From a virus: a stretch of DNA of 64,000 nucleotides. The position numbers and the translations under genes are program-made. The stretch's first letter is position 1. Every line of letters starts with the position of its first letter. The stretch is taken from IMG/VR virus record IMGVR_UViG_3300029928_000198, one strand, 5' to 3'. Positions 54,264-63,134 of this stretch are shown piece after piece. The notes below the pieces were generated by a model. The model was not told the DNA's origin. It saw only the letters and a list, made by a program, of their open reading frames with translations, and made no database searches.

Positions 54264-56528
54264 TCAGAGGACTCTGCGCACGATTGCTGCTATGAGGACG
54301 ATTCCGACGATCGCGACAACCACGATTCCGATGATGCCGCGTCCGGAATCCTCTTCCTTCTCCTCTTCTCCGGCTCCGACATCGATGCCGTATTCGGCGG
54401 TCGAAACGTCGCCGTAGATGTTGGTGATCCTCAGGGTCACCTTGTAGTGTCCCGGCTCGGTATAGGTGTTGTATGCGATGGCATCCTCGGAGGTGTTGCC
54501 GTCGCCGAAGTCCCATTCGATCTTGTACTTCCCCTGAGAATCCGTCGCATCGAAGTAGTACAGCCCGTTGGAGTCAACGGACGTGATCGTAGCGGATGCG
54601 GTCGGAACCGAGGTGAATTCGAGCGGGGGGACGCCCTTGGCGTAGAGCGTCACATCTGCATCCAGCTTCTTGGACGAGTCGTACTTCTGGGTGAAGGCCG
54701 CGTCGTAGAACCATCCCTCGAAGACGCCTTCCACTATGATCGGGGTGTAGACGACTCCGCATGACCCTTTGGGGACCGACAGCGTGGAATGCTCCTGACC
54801 CTCGACCACGAATGTGATCGTAATCTGGGGGACGACCCATGCGGAGTACGCGGTATGGGTCGCCTCATGCTTCACCTTCTCGCCGATCTGAACGAATTTG
54901 CCGTCCACATACCATCCGATGTGCTTGTAGCCCGCCTTGATGGACGGATTGTCGGTGTACGTGTTAAGGTCGGGATAGGTGGTGTTCGCATCGACGATCT
55001 TCAGAGTCGAAGGCAATCCATCGACGCTTCCGCCGATGTCTTTCAATGCCGAATGGTCGAAAATGATGTTCTTCGGCGCGACCCAGAGAGCTTTGGCCGT
55101 ATGCGAATCGGTGGTGGCAACCTTGGCTCCGATGGCGTATTCCGTACCATTCACCATCCAACCTATGTGCTTCCAGCCCGCCTTGATCGAGGGGTTGCTG
55201 GAGTATGTGTTAAGGTCGGGGTATGTGGTGTTGGCGTCCTCTATTTTTATTTTCGCGGGCAAGCCCGTTGCATCTCCTCCTGCGCCGGTAAGGTCGCTGT
55301 AGTCAAAGGTTAAGGTACTGGCCGACGCCGGATCGGCGTCGAATAAAAAGGACAGGCGAGACCCAAGGTAGCTGTAGCCCCCACCGTAGCCGGCGAACAG
55401 AAAGGACAGCCCCGCGTCGGCCCCGTAGCTCCAGTCGCCGCCCACTATGAGCGCGCCGTCGGAGCTTTGGCTGTAGATATAATCTGGACCTCCTGATCCA
55501 GTATTTTCTGGAAGCCCCCACGAATCGAGCTGAGTGGAATAAGGGTATGTTCCATATCCATTGAGGCCCGAGGTCACGGAGGTCTTGGTCTTGTTCAATG
55601 TGTTCGATGTCGGATTGACATTCTGACCTGCATAAAGACCATTGGACCACCAAGCATCATCCACATATTCATATAACGAACCCCAAACATTCTCTATGAA
55701 CAGCTTTGCTCCTGTCGAACTAGCAGAACTGGTACCATAGTAAGGTCCCATGGAATCCATCCCGCCTGTTTTTGATGAGCTACTGCCACTTGCATTACCG
55801 TATCCGATCTGCGCCTGTGAATCGAAGTTCTCCATGACGCCGAGCGAGCACATCCTGTAGAGCTGATACATGTGGTAGTTCCAAAGAAGTGCCTGCCCCC
55901 CTTCCACCTTGGTATTGTGTGCATAGGTCCTGTAATCAGCCAAACTCGTAGACGCTTTCGGAGTCTGACCGGACTGAGAACCCAATGCCGATCCGCCAAG
56001 CGTTGCTTCGTATACAGCGATGCCCAGGAAATTGTACGATGTTCTGTTGACAGTGTAAGCCGATGCAAGAGTTCCGTCGGAACTATTGCTGGACATGGTA
56101 AGCGTGCTACCGTTATCGCTCGTCTTGAGATAGATCTTGGGGATACACCACATGATGTTGTAGCCCTTGCCGTCGATGCTGTCTCCGTCAATGGATTTCT
56201 TCAGATTCGACGGGTCAAGATGGCATACCATCTTTCCTGTTGAATCGAATGCCGCATAGAACGAATTGAAAGGTCCGTAGCCATTGCTATCGAACGCCCA
56301 TGATCCGCTGCTCTTGTTGATTCCGTTGACCGGAGTCGTATCGGTCAATGTCGAACCGCCCTTGGCGTACTTCGTCGTGATCGTCGAATTACTGACGGTT
56401 ATCGTGCATTTCCAATCATCCGATGCGGCATCGGACTCTTCGGAAAAGCCGATAATCGATGATGCTGAAAGCATCATGACGAGAACCGCCGTAATGGCGA
56501 ATATTCTCTTATTCGTTGAATTTTTCAT
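54264..56528 (-). CDS. DGR target: surface protein with CLec/FGE-like domain, internal VR, tandem repeats, InlB B-repeat, PKD and TM anchor
   Basis: Signal peptide; GSLYEYVDD; VGGDW...GSRL CLec end; WDFGDG; C-terminal TM; start 56528 (TGATG overlap with the RT stop). Confidence 0.9.
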   Translation of the reverse strand: MKNSTNKRIFAITAVLVMMLSASSIIGFSEESDAASDDWKCTITVSNSTITTKYAKGGSTLTDTTPVNGINKSSGSWAFDSNGYGPFNSFYAAFDSTGKMVCHLDPSNLKKSIDGDSIDGKGYNIMWCIPKIYLKTSDNGSTLTMSSNSSDGTLASAYTVNRTSYNFLGIAVYEATLGGSALGSQSGQTPKASTSLADYRTYAHNTKVEGGQALLWNYHMYQLYRMCSLGVMENFDSQAQIGYGNASGSSSSKTGGMDSMGPYYGTSSASSTGAKLFIENVWGSLYEYVDDAWWSNGLYAGQNVNPTSNTLNKTKTSVTSGLNGYGTYPYSTQLDSWGLPENTGSGGPDYIYSQSSDGALIVGGDWSYGADAGLSFLFAGYGGGYSYLGSRLSFLFDADPASASTLTFDYSDLTGAGGDATGLPAKIKIEDANTTYPDLNTYSSNPSIKAGWKHIGWMVNGTEYAIGAKVATTDSHTAKALWVAPKNIIFDHSALKDIGGSVDGLPSTLKIVDANTTYPDLNTYTDNPSIKAGYKHIGWYVDGKFVQIGEKVKHEATHTAYSAWVVPQITITFVVEGQEHSTLSVPKGSCGVVYTPIIVEGVFEGWFYDAAFTQKYDSSKKLDADVTLYAKGVPPLEFTSVPTASATITSVDSNGLYYFDATDSQGKYKIEWDFGDGNTSEDAIAYNTYTEPGHYKVTLRITNIYGDVSTAEYGIDVGAGEEEKEEDSGRGIIGIVVVAIVGIVLIAAIVRRVL
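55323..55341 (-). other. DGR target-recognition hairpin/cruciform candidate
   Basis: CGACGCCG-gat-CGGCGTCG, 8 nt downstream of the VR. Confidence 0.7.
55350..55457 (-). repeat. DGR variable repeat (VR)
   Basis: 108-nt alignment to the TR; 20 mismatches, all opposite TR adenines. Confidence 0.95.
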
Positions 56529-58003
56529 CAAATCACCCTTTTTTCCACGAGTGCAATGTAATCGCACCATGCCCTGAGTCCACGTGCCAATCTCTTGTCA
56601 TTCTCCACGCTGCGGATAAGAGGCGATACGGTGACTTTTTTCAGTCCACGCGAATCGCACCATTTCAGAATTCCATAATAGGACCAAACCGTCCCCTGTT
56701 GGGATCTGTTGAGAGAATAACCCTCATCGACGAGGATCTGGAGATTTGCACAAGCCCGCTTCATCTTCTTCTTGGTTCTCGTCCGAAGTAGCACCTTGTT
56801 GCGATAGATGCGGTAACCGACAAAATCAATTCCACGATCATCTATCGGATACACCTGCCAGTTCTCCTTCATGGTCAAGCCATATTCCTCAAACTGAGCG
56901 GCCATTATCCTGCGCATCTTGTGAAGCCATGGTTTGGAATAGCCTAGAATCAGAATATCGTCCATGTAGCGGACATAGTAGTGGCAATGGTGGATTTCCT
57001 TCATAGGATGGTCCACCGCATATGACAGGACAAGATTCGCAATATCAGGACTCAAACGGTTTCCAAGAGGGATTCCGGGAAGCTCGTAGTCATCGACGAT
57101 TTTATCGATGAACCATAGGACGTCAGGGTCCTTTATCACTCTGCGGACAGCTTCTTTGGCAACCGTTTTGGGCATTGAGGGGAAACACTTCCTCACATCG
57201 ACCTGCAACGCATAGCGGATTCTGGCATCGTTCTGGATGTACTTCTGAACATCCGCAATAGCCGTATGTGTGCCGTGTCCCTTCCTCGATGCATGTGTTT
57301 GTGGTATCAAACGTCTCTGGATGTATGGTTCGACGACCAATGCCACCGCCCAATGAGCTATCCTGTCAGGGTAGAGCGGAAGGTCGGAAACCAATCTGTT
57401 CTTGCCGTTCTCATTCTTCTCGAAGATACGGTATTCTGACGTTTCGTATGTATGATAGATGAGACTGTTCTGCAACCTCCTCAGATTGGAGTCCCGATTC
57501 TCCAAAAACTGCAAGACTTCTTCCATGTTCTTTCTAGATGAACAAGCCTTCTTAGCGGCGACCTCCAGATTCTCTATGGATGTCACCTTGGACCATAAAT
57601 TTCCAATACGCTTCATTGAAAATGCCTTGTCCTTTAACCCATGTCCGACGGTCTCACCATGCATCCCCGCACAGGATACTAGCCGGAACTGATTTTGTTT
57701 AACTGTTTCACACTCTGGTGAGGTCGAAATCACTATGAATTTTGGTGAATGATCGGGTTCGTTCAGGCGAGACCCATTGTTGCTGTTGCCCCCATCGTTG
57801 TCGTTGTTCAGATAGGACAGCCCCGCGTTGGCCCCGTTGTTCCAGTTGCCGCCCACTATGAGCGCGTTGCCGGAGCGCACGAAGAGGAAAGGGTCTGAAT
57901 GTGAATCGACCTGTCCAATTAAGGACTGTAAAGAAGTGAGGTGGGGAAGGCCTGTCGCCTCCGCTATCGCTAAGATGCCGTGGGTCTTCCCCAGAGAGGT
58001 CAT
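56528..58003 (-). CDS. DGR reverse transcriptase (core starts MKRIGNL at 57616; frame open from 58003 through the TR)
   Basis: GIPLGNRLS, YVRYMDD, IDFVGY, DRIAH; no group II intron X or endonuclease domain. Confidence 0.92.
   Translation of the reverse strand: MTSLGKTHGILAIAEATGLPHLTSLQSLIGQVDSHSDPFLFVRSGNALIVGGNWNNGANAGLSYLNNDNDGGNSNNGSRLNEPDHSPKFIVISTSPECETVKQNQFRLVSCAGMHGETVGHGLKDKAFSMKRIGNLWSKVTSIENLEVAAKKACSSRKNMEEVLQFLENRDSNLRRLQNSLIYHTYETSEYRIFEKNENGKNRLVSDLPLYPDRIAHWAVALVVEPYIQRRLIPQTHASRKGHGTHTAIADVQKYIQNDARIRYALQVDVRKCFPSMPKTVAKEAVRRVIKDPDVLWFIDKIVDDYELPGIPLGNRLSPDIANLVLSYAVDHPMKEIHHCHYYVRYMDDILILGYSKPWLHKMRRIMAAQFEEYGLTMKENWQVYPIDDRGIDFVGYRIYRNKVLLRTRTKKKMKRACANLQILVDEGYSLNRSQQGTVWSYYGILKWCDSRGLKKVTVSPLIRSVENDKRLARGLRAWCDYIALVEKRVI
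57761..57868 (-). repeat. DGR template repeat (TR)
   Basis: AAC-rich (12 AAY codons, 30 adenines); reads NALIVGGNWNNGANAGLSYLNNDNDGGNSNNGSRLN. Confidence 0.95.
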
Positions 58004-58107
58004 TGCTTGTGCCTCCCGTCGTCAAAAAGCTGTTTCTCATTCAGGTATTGGACATCGGAAACGGATGCTCCCCGTACGTTTCCGAATCTCATCTCTATGC
58101 ATTCCAT
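58000..58107 (-). CDS. 35-aa ORF coupled to the TR-RT frame
   Basis: MECIEMRFGNVRGASVSDVQYLNEKQLFDDGRHKQ; GAGGA RBS; ATGA overlap at 58000-58003. Confidence 0.4.
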   Translation of the reverse strand: MECIEMRFGNVRGASVSDVQYLNEKQLFDDGRHKQ

Positions 58108-58116
58108 GTCGATTCC

Positions 58117-59583
58117 TCAGTACAGATACGTCAGCACGGACAGTAAGGCGAATAAACCTGCCAGAATCAGCACGATCGGAGCGGGGTAGAGGACCGCGTA
58201 CACAACGACGCATAGCAACGCCAGAACAGCGAACAGCAGGAAGAGCCATCCGTGCTTCTCGAAGAATCCCTCGGAAGGCTCGTCTTCCTCGACGATCTCG
58301 AATTCTCTGGTGGATGTGTCGTATCTGATGTAGCAGCACTTCGAACCCGCATCGTTCTGCGCTTCCAGAACGATGGTGTACCTTCCGTCCTTGGAGAAGA
58401 CGTGGGATGCGCTGTACCTGTCGGACCCGTCGAAATCGGGCGTCGATGTCGCGCCGTCCCTCCAATCGATCGTGATGCTCTTGGCATCCTTCACGACTGC
58501 GGACAGAAGGATCTTCTTGGAATCCGCCGGGTCGGGCATCACGGTGACGTCGGAAACCGACGGGACCGTGGTATAGACCATATCGGCGAAGACCTTGAGA
58601 ACGACCTTCTTGGAGGCTTCGACGGCCTGACCGTCGGCCAGACCCTTCACTGTCACGGTGAAGGCGAACTCCTTCACCGCGTCATCGCCTGCAGCTCCTG
58701 CGGGGAAATCCACCACTGAGGGGTCGAAAACGATGCTCTGGCCGTCGATGGACTTGACAAGACCCTCGGGAAGCCCAGACGTATCGAAGGTGCATTCAGT
58801 GACGGTCAGACCTGAAGCAGTGTCGGCATTGGTCTTCACAGTGTAGGTGTTCTTGGCGGGGTCGGCTTCGGATTGCTTGGTCTCGATGACATCGTCGGAG
58901 ATGATCATCAGACCGCTTCCGATGACGATGCTGACGGTAACGGCGACGGACTCCTCCTTCAGGGTGCTTCCCGAATCAACGGCCCTGTTGACCGCCGATA
59001 TGACCGGCGACATCGTAGATGACGCGACATCGACCGGGACATCCTTCTTCAGGAAGAGCCTCTTCTCGTTTTCGTCCCAACCGACCCACTCGTTCTCGAT
59101 GATGCTGCAGGAAACCTCGGTGGCGGTTCCTGCGGATGCTTCCGAAACCTCGGGCTGGTAGACGATAGTTCCTGCTTTCGCACCTCCGATGATTCCGCGC
59201 ACGATCTCCTTGGACGATGAGCCGTCCACGGTGACGTGGGGGTGGACCATGAAGGCAATGCGCTGGGATGCGACCTGACTGAGGCTTCCCTCTTCGGAGG
59301 TCCATCTGGCCGTTATCGTCGTGGCCAGCGAACCGGTCAGATCGACCGCGTCGAAGGATGCAGTCATGATTCCGTCGGTGAAGGTCATCCCCTCAAGCGC
59401 AGAAGCAGTGATGACGCTGTCCAGATTGGTCTTGGGTTCATACGTGAACGTGTCGCCCGTGCGCATGTCCACGACATAGCTGTCGCTCGGCTCCGCATCG
59501 CTCGGCTGAGCCGTAACCAAGGCGCATGCCAGCATGACCAGAACGGCCATGACGGCGAATGTCCCCTTCGATCTTCCTTTCAT
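58117..59583 (-). CDS. Surface protein (Ig-like/PKD) with C-terminal TM hairpin
   Basis: Signal peptide, MRTGDTFTYEPKTNL, IDWRDG PKD-like, FFEKHGWLFLLF tail; start re-called to MKGRSK. Confidence 0.85.
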   Translation of the reverse strand: MKGRSKGTFAVMAVLVMLACALVTAQPSDAEPSDSYVVDMRTGDTFTYEPKTNLDSVITASALEGMTFTDGIMTASFDAVDLTGSLATTITARWTSEEGSLSQVASQRIAFMVHPHVTVDGSSSKEIVRGIIGGAKAGTIVYQPEVSEASAGTATEVSCSIIENEWVGWDENEKRLFLKKDVPVDVASSTMSPVISAVNRAVDSGSTLKEESVAVTVSIVIGSGLMIISDDVIETKQSEADPAKNTYTVKTNADTASGLTVTECTFDTSGLPEGLVKSIDGQSIVFDPSVVDFPAGAAGDDAVKEFAFTVTVKGLADGQAVEASKKVVLKVFADMVYTTVPSVSDVTVMPDPADSKKILLSAVVKDAKSITIDWRDGATSTPDFDGSDRYSASHVFSKDGRYTIVLEAQNDAGSKCCYIRYDTSTREFEIVEEDEPSEGFFEKHGWLFLLFAVLALLCVVVYAVLYPAPIVLILAGLFALLSVLTYLY

Positions 59584-61127
59584 GCAAAAACCCTCCCGGC
59601 CGCTATGGCCAGAACAATGATCGCCAGAATCGCCACAAGAGCCGACTTGAAGCCGTCTCCATCGTCTTCCTCGACAGGAGCCTCCTCCTCGGTGGTCTCC
59701 ACCGTCCATCCCGATGCGCCGTACCTCAGCTCGTAATCCGTCGCTCCGGATTCCTCGGAATCCGAAACTATCACGGTAACGGTCTGGACGGCGTGCTGCT
59801 CGGGTCCGACCGTGGAAACGGCGTCCAGAACAACGGTGTACGTCCCGGCCCTGTCGGCGATACCCGACAGGATGCCGGATTCCGCATCGAACGTCAGGAA
59901 GGACAGTCCGCTTCCGGATGCCGTGATGGTCGAACTCAGGTTGGTCATCGGACGGTAGCAGAACGAATCGCCCACATGCATGCGGACCGCAGGCGGGTTG
60001 GACCAGTCGTCGCCGAAGATGGTTCCTCCGACGGACGAAACCTGTCCTCCGCTGATGGCCAGCGTGGGTCCCGCCTCGAATACCCCGTCCTTGCAGGAGA
60101 TCGCGGTCCATTTCCCGTCGGCTATGCTGTAGCTTGCGGAAAGGGTGCCGAGATACGGGTGGTAGCCGTCTATCTTGGACGGGTCAACAGCAGTCTCCGC
60201 GTAGGCGTACGTCACCCCATCGACGATGAAGGTGGCCGTGGAAGCTCCTATGACGGATGCTCCGTCCTTCAGGGCTACCGCCACGGACATGTGACCCGTA
60301 CCGTTGGTACCCCAGCGGTCGTGCTCGAACATGACGAAGCCGCAATCCAGACCCATCGCGGATGCGATGGAAACGTAGAGCGTGGCGGTGTCCTCGCAGT
60401 CGCCGTATCCGGAGTACAGCGTCTCCATCGGCGTGGTCCAGAACTCCTCCGAACCGTACTGATCGATGTCGGTCTGGTAGTCGATGGCATCCTGAACGAA
60501 TGCAAGAACGACGATGGCCTTCTGGAGGTCGGTCATCCCCTTGGTGCATCCTTCCAGCATCGATGCGACAGATGCTACGGGACCGTCGGCCTGACAGAGC
60601 CTGACCGGCGACGGTACGGAGAACGTCGCGCACCTCTGGACGGAGGCATCGCGGATGGAGGCCCTGTAGTCCTCCTCCTTCAGAGTCACCGAGATTGTCT
60701 CGGACCGGGGATAGGAAACGGAGCCGTCGGAGCCGAAAACTGGCGGACTCCACGAGAACTCCTTGGAGATTATGCCTGCTTCGGCGAAGACCGCCGTGGC
60801 TATCCTGTCGCGGTCGGCCTCGAAGGTCATGACGCTGCTCTTCTCCGCGACGTTGCCCTCGGAATCGGTCCAGCAGACGAATCTGTAGCCGTCGTTGGCC
60901 ACTGCGCGGTATTTTATGGTGTTGTTCGCCGTATCGAGGGATTTCTCCACGACCACGACGTATCCCATCCTGATGTCGTTGACATCCGGACCCATGTAGA
61001 TGGCGTCGGTCTTCCCGCCTTCGGGGTCGGGGTCCCCTCCGTTGGAATCCGAGGGTGCTCCGACCATCATCACGGCCACTATCGCGGCCACGACGATGCC
61101 GAAAAGCAGGATGTGCTGTATCCTCAT
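59580..61127 (-). CDS. Membrane-anchored transglutaminase-like cysteine protease with Ig-like domains
   Basis: FVQDAIDY...EFW..PMETL...GDCED; GHM; C-terminal TM. Confidence 0.85.
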   Translation of the reverse strand: MRIQHILLFGIVVAAIVAVMMVGAPSDSNGGDPDPEGGKTDAIYMGPDVNDIRMGYVVVVEKSLDTANNTIKYRAVANDGYRFVCWTDSEGNVAEKSSVMTFEADRDRIATAVFAEAGIISKEFSWSPPVFGSDGSVSYPRSETISVTLKEEDYRASIRDASVQRCATFSVPSPVRLCQADGPVASVASMLEGCTKGMTDLQKAIVVLAFVQDAIDYQTDIDQYGSEEFWTTPMETLYSGYGDCEDTATLYVSIASAMGLDCGFVMFEHDRWGTNGTGHMSVAVALKDGASVIGASTATFIVDGVTYAYAETAVDPSKIDGYHPYLGTLSASYSIADGKWTAISCKDGVFEAGPTLAISGGQVSSVGGTIFGDDWSNPPAVRMHVGDSFCYRPMTNLSSTITASGSGLSFLTFDAESGILSGIADRAGTYTVVLDAVSTVGPEQHAVQTVTVIVSDSEESGATDYELRYGASGWTVETTEEEAPVEEDDGDGFKSALVAILAIIVLAIAAGRVFA

Positions 61128-61227
61128 CGAAAATCACCCCTCGGGGCAATATCCCACGTCGGTGCCGGATTGAGGGGGCTTGCGCCCCCATGGTGATTTC
61201 CGGCAAACGTACCGACGCAGGGGTCGA

Positions 61228-62889
61228 TCAGAGCTTGTCCTTCACCGCGTCGATGAGTCCTCCGATGTCGTTGTAGACGAAGCAGAGCACGGCAAGAGCG
61301 GCGAACACGATCATCACGATGATGACGTACGGACTCTGGATTCCGAAGTAGAAGAACGCGACGGCGCAGAGGATGGCCAGAATCGCGAATACGAGGAACT
61401 GGAATCCGTGCTCGTCGAAGAAGGACTTCTCCTCGGATTCGGCGGGCTGCTCGGGGTTCTCAGGGGTTGCGGGGGTCTCGGGGATCTCCACGCCCTCGGC
61501 GGAGTGGAAGACCTGAGCGGTCGTGGTTCCCTGATCGTTGGTGGCGTAGATGGTGATGGTGTAGTTACCGGCCTTCGCATAGGAGTGGTATGCGCTGTAG
61601 GTGGTCTCGGTCCTGCTTCCGTTGTCCATGGAGGAGGTCTGGGTTCCGTCTCCCCAGTCGTAGACGACCTTGTAAGCTCCGACGATGTAGGAGGACAGGC
61701 TGATGCCGGTTCCTGCGGAGGTCAGGACATTGGTGCTGACGCTGTTGACGGTAGGGGCGGTGGCGAAGGCCAGAGCCTTGTAGACGGTGAGGGTGGTGGA
61801 AGCGGTCTCCTCCACACTCGTCTCATTCTGATTGCCGCTTGTGACGGTACCTGTCGCCTTGAGGGTAACGGTATAGACGGCCTTGGTGGCGTCGCCTTTG
61901 ACGATGGTTTCGATTCCGGCGTCGGAAACTCCCTCGACCGTAGCGACAGTGCTGTTGGCATTGGCAATCGTGATGACATCCTTCAGAGCGTTGGTATCTT
62001 TGGTGGCGGTAAGCTCGTAGGAGATGGACTGCGCTCCGGTGACTTTATCCCAGTTGGTGCTGAACTTGATCTCGGTAGGAGCGTTCTTGTCGCCCTCGTA
62101 GGTGTAGTCGGCTGCAGGCGCAACGATCGCAACGGTTTCGAAGACCTGATACTTGACATTGACAGAGGCGGTGTCGGGGTTGTCGGGGTTCTTGAGGGTG
62201 ACCTTGAATCCGTAAGTCGCTTCATTGTTCTTGACATCGTCCTTGGGGGTGATGACGAGCTTTCCATCGGCGATCGCAGCAGTGAAGAGCTCGGAACCGT
62301 CGGTCAGCTTCTCATCGCCCGTTCCGGCATAGGTGCCGATGGTAATGTTCACATTGGAAGGTCCGCCGTAGCTGATCTCGATAGCATTCTGGGCCTTGCC
62401 CTTGATTCCGTATCCGGTGACGTCGGTGGGAAGCTCGATCTTCTCCACGACAGTGAAAACGAACTTCTGGGTCGCAGTCTGGGTTAGGTTCTTGTCGGTG
62501 TTGTGGGTCCACTTGGCGGTTATGGTATAGACGTATGTACCAGTCGTGGAGAAAGTGATCTCGAACTTCTTTCCGGAGTTCGAGCCATCGGTGAAAGTAG
62601 GGGTAGCTGTAGCCGTGTTTCCGGTTCCGGCAGGAGCACCGGTGATCTCAACGGTACCATCAGCACTATCGAGGTTCGTCTTGATATTGTCGTAGGTGAA
62701 CTTCTGACCGATGGCCATGTTCACGGCGTAGACCTGATTGATCTTGTCTCCCGTGTTGTCGCTGACGCCTCCATAGACGCCGGCGTCCGAATCGGACGGG
62801 ATGCACACCGCGAAGGCGCAGATGGCGAACATCGCCACGATGGCCATGGCCAGAGCTTTCTGGCCCTTGAATGCAGTAGCATTTTTCAT
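61228..62889 (-). CDS. Surface protein (Ig-like/PKD) with C-terminal TM hairpin, paralog of 58117-59583
   Basis: MAIGQKFTY...KTNL, YDWGDG, FFDEHGFQFLVF tail. Confidence 0.88.
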   Translation of the reverse strand: MKNATAFKGQKALAMAIVAMFAICAFAVCIPSDSDAGVYGGVSDNTGDKINQVYAVNMAIGQKFTYDNIKTNLDSADGTVEITGAPAGTGNTATATPTFTDGSNSGKKFEITFSTTGTYVYTITAKWTHNTDKNLTQTATQKFVFTVVEKIELPTDVTGYGIKGKAQNAIEISYGGPSNVNITIGTYAGTGDEKLTDGSELFTAAIADGKLVITPKDDVKNNEATYGFKVTLKNPDNPDTASVNVKYQVFETVAIVAPAADYTYEGDKNAPTEIKFSTNWDKVTGAQSISYELTATKDTNALKDVITIANANSTVATVEGVSDAGIETIVKGDATKAVYTVTLKATGTVTSGNQNETSVEETASTTLTVYKALAFATAPTVNSVSTNVLTSAGTGISLSSYIVGAYKVVYDWGDGTQTSSMDNGSRTETTYSAYHSYAKAGNYTITIYATNDQGTTTAQVFHSAEGVEIPETPATPENPEQPAESEEKSFFDEHGFQFLVFAILAILCAVAFFYFGIQSPYVIIVMIVFAALAVLCFVYNDIGGLIDAVKDKL

Positions 62890-63006
62890 TTACATACCTC
62901 CGCACGGCCGTGAAGACCGTGGGCGGTAGGGCAATCCCTGTTCTACGAATTTAATCAGGATAAAAACCAGAAGATGAGGCTTCCATCGTATCATCCCCAG
63001 AGATTA

Positions 63007-63031
63007 ACAAGGAACCGAAATCGCTTAAATA
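63007..63031. promoter_or_regulatory. Conserved 25-bp box, copy 4 (ACAAGGAACCGAAATCGCTTAAATA)
   Basis: See copies at 7621, 20052 and 32881. Confidence 0.65.
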
Positions 63032-63134
63032 TCATATCAAGAGGAACGACGGAATTCCATTCGGAGCATGCTGAATCGCTGGAATGACTGAGAAGAGAAG
63101 GGGGACATCCCCGAGGGATGCCCCGAAAATGGTT

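Larger units (their letters stand above)
55323..58003 (-). mobile_element. Diversity-generating retroelement (TR - RT - target order)
   Basis: TR/VR pair with adenine-specific mismatches, DGR-type RT and post-VR hairpin. Confidence 0.93.

Noticed and set aside
56528-57616. RT as a group II intron or retron
   Set aside because: The TR/VR pair with A-specific mismatches and DGR-type motifs explain it; no maturase X/endonuclease domain or intron ends seen
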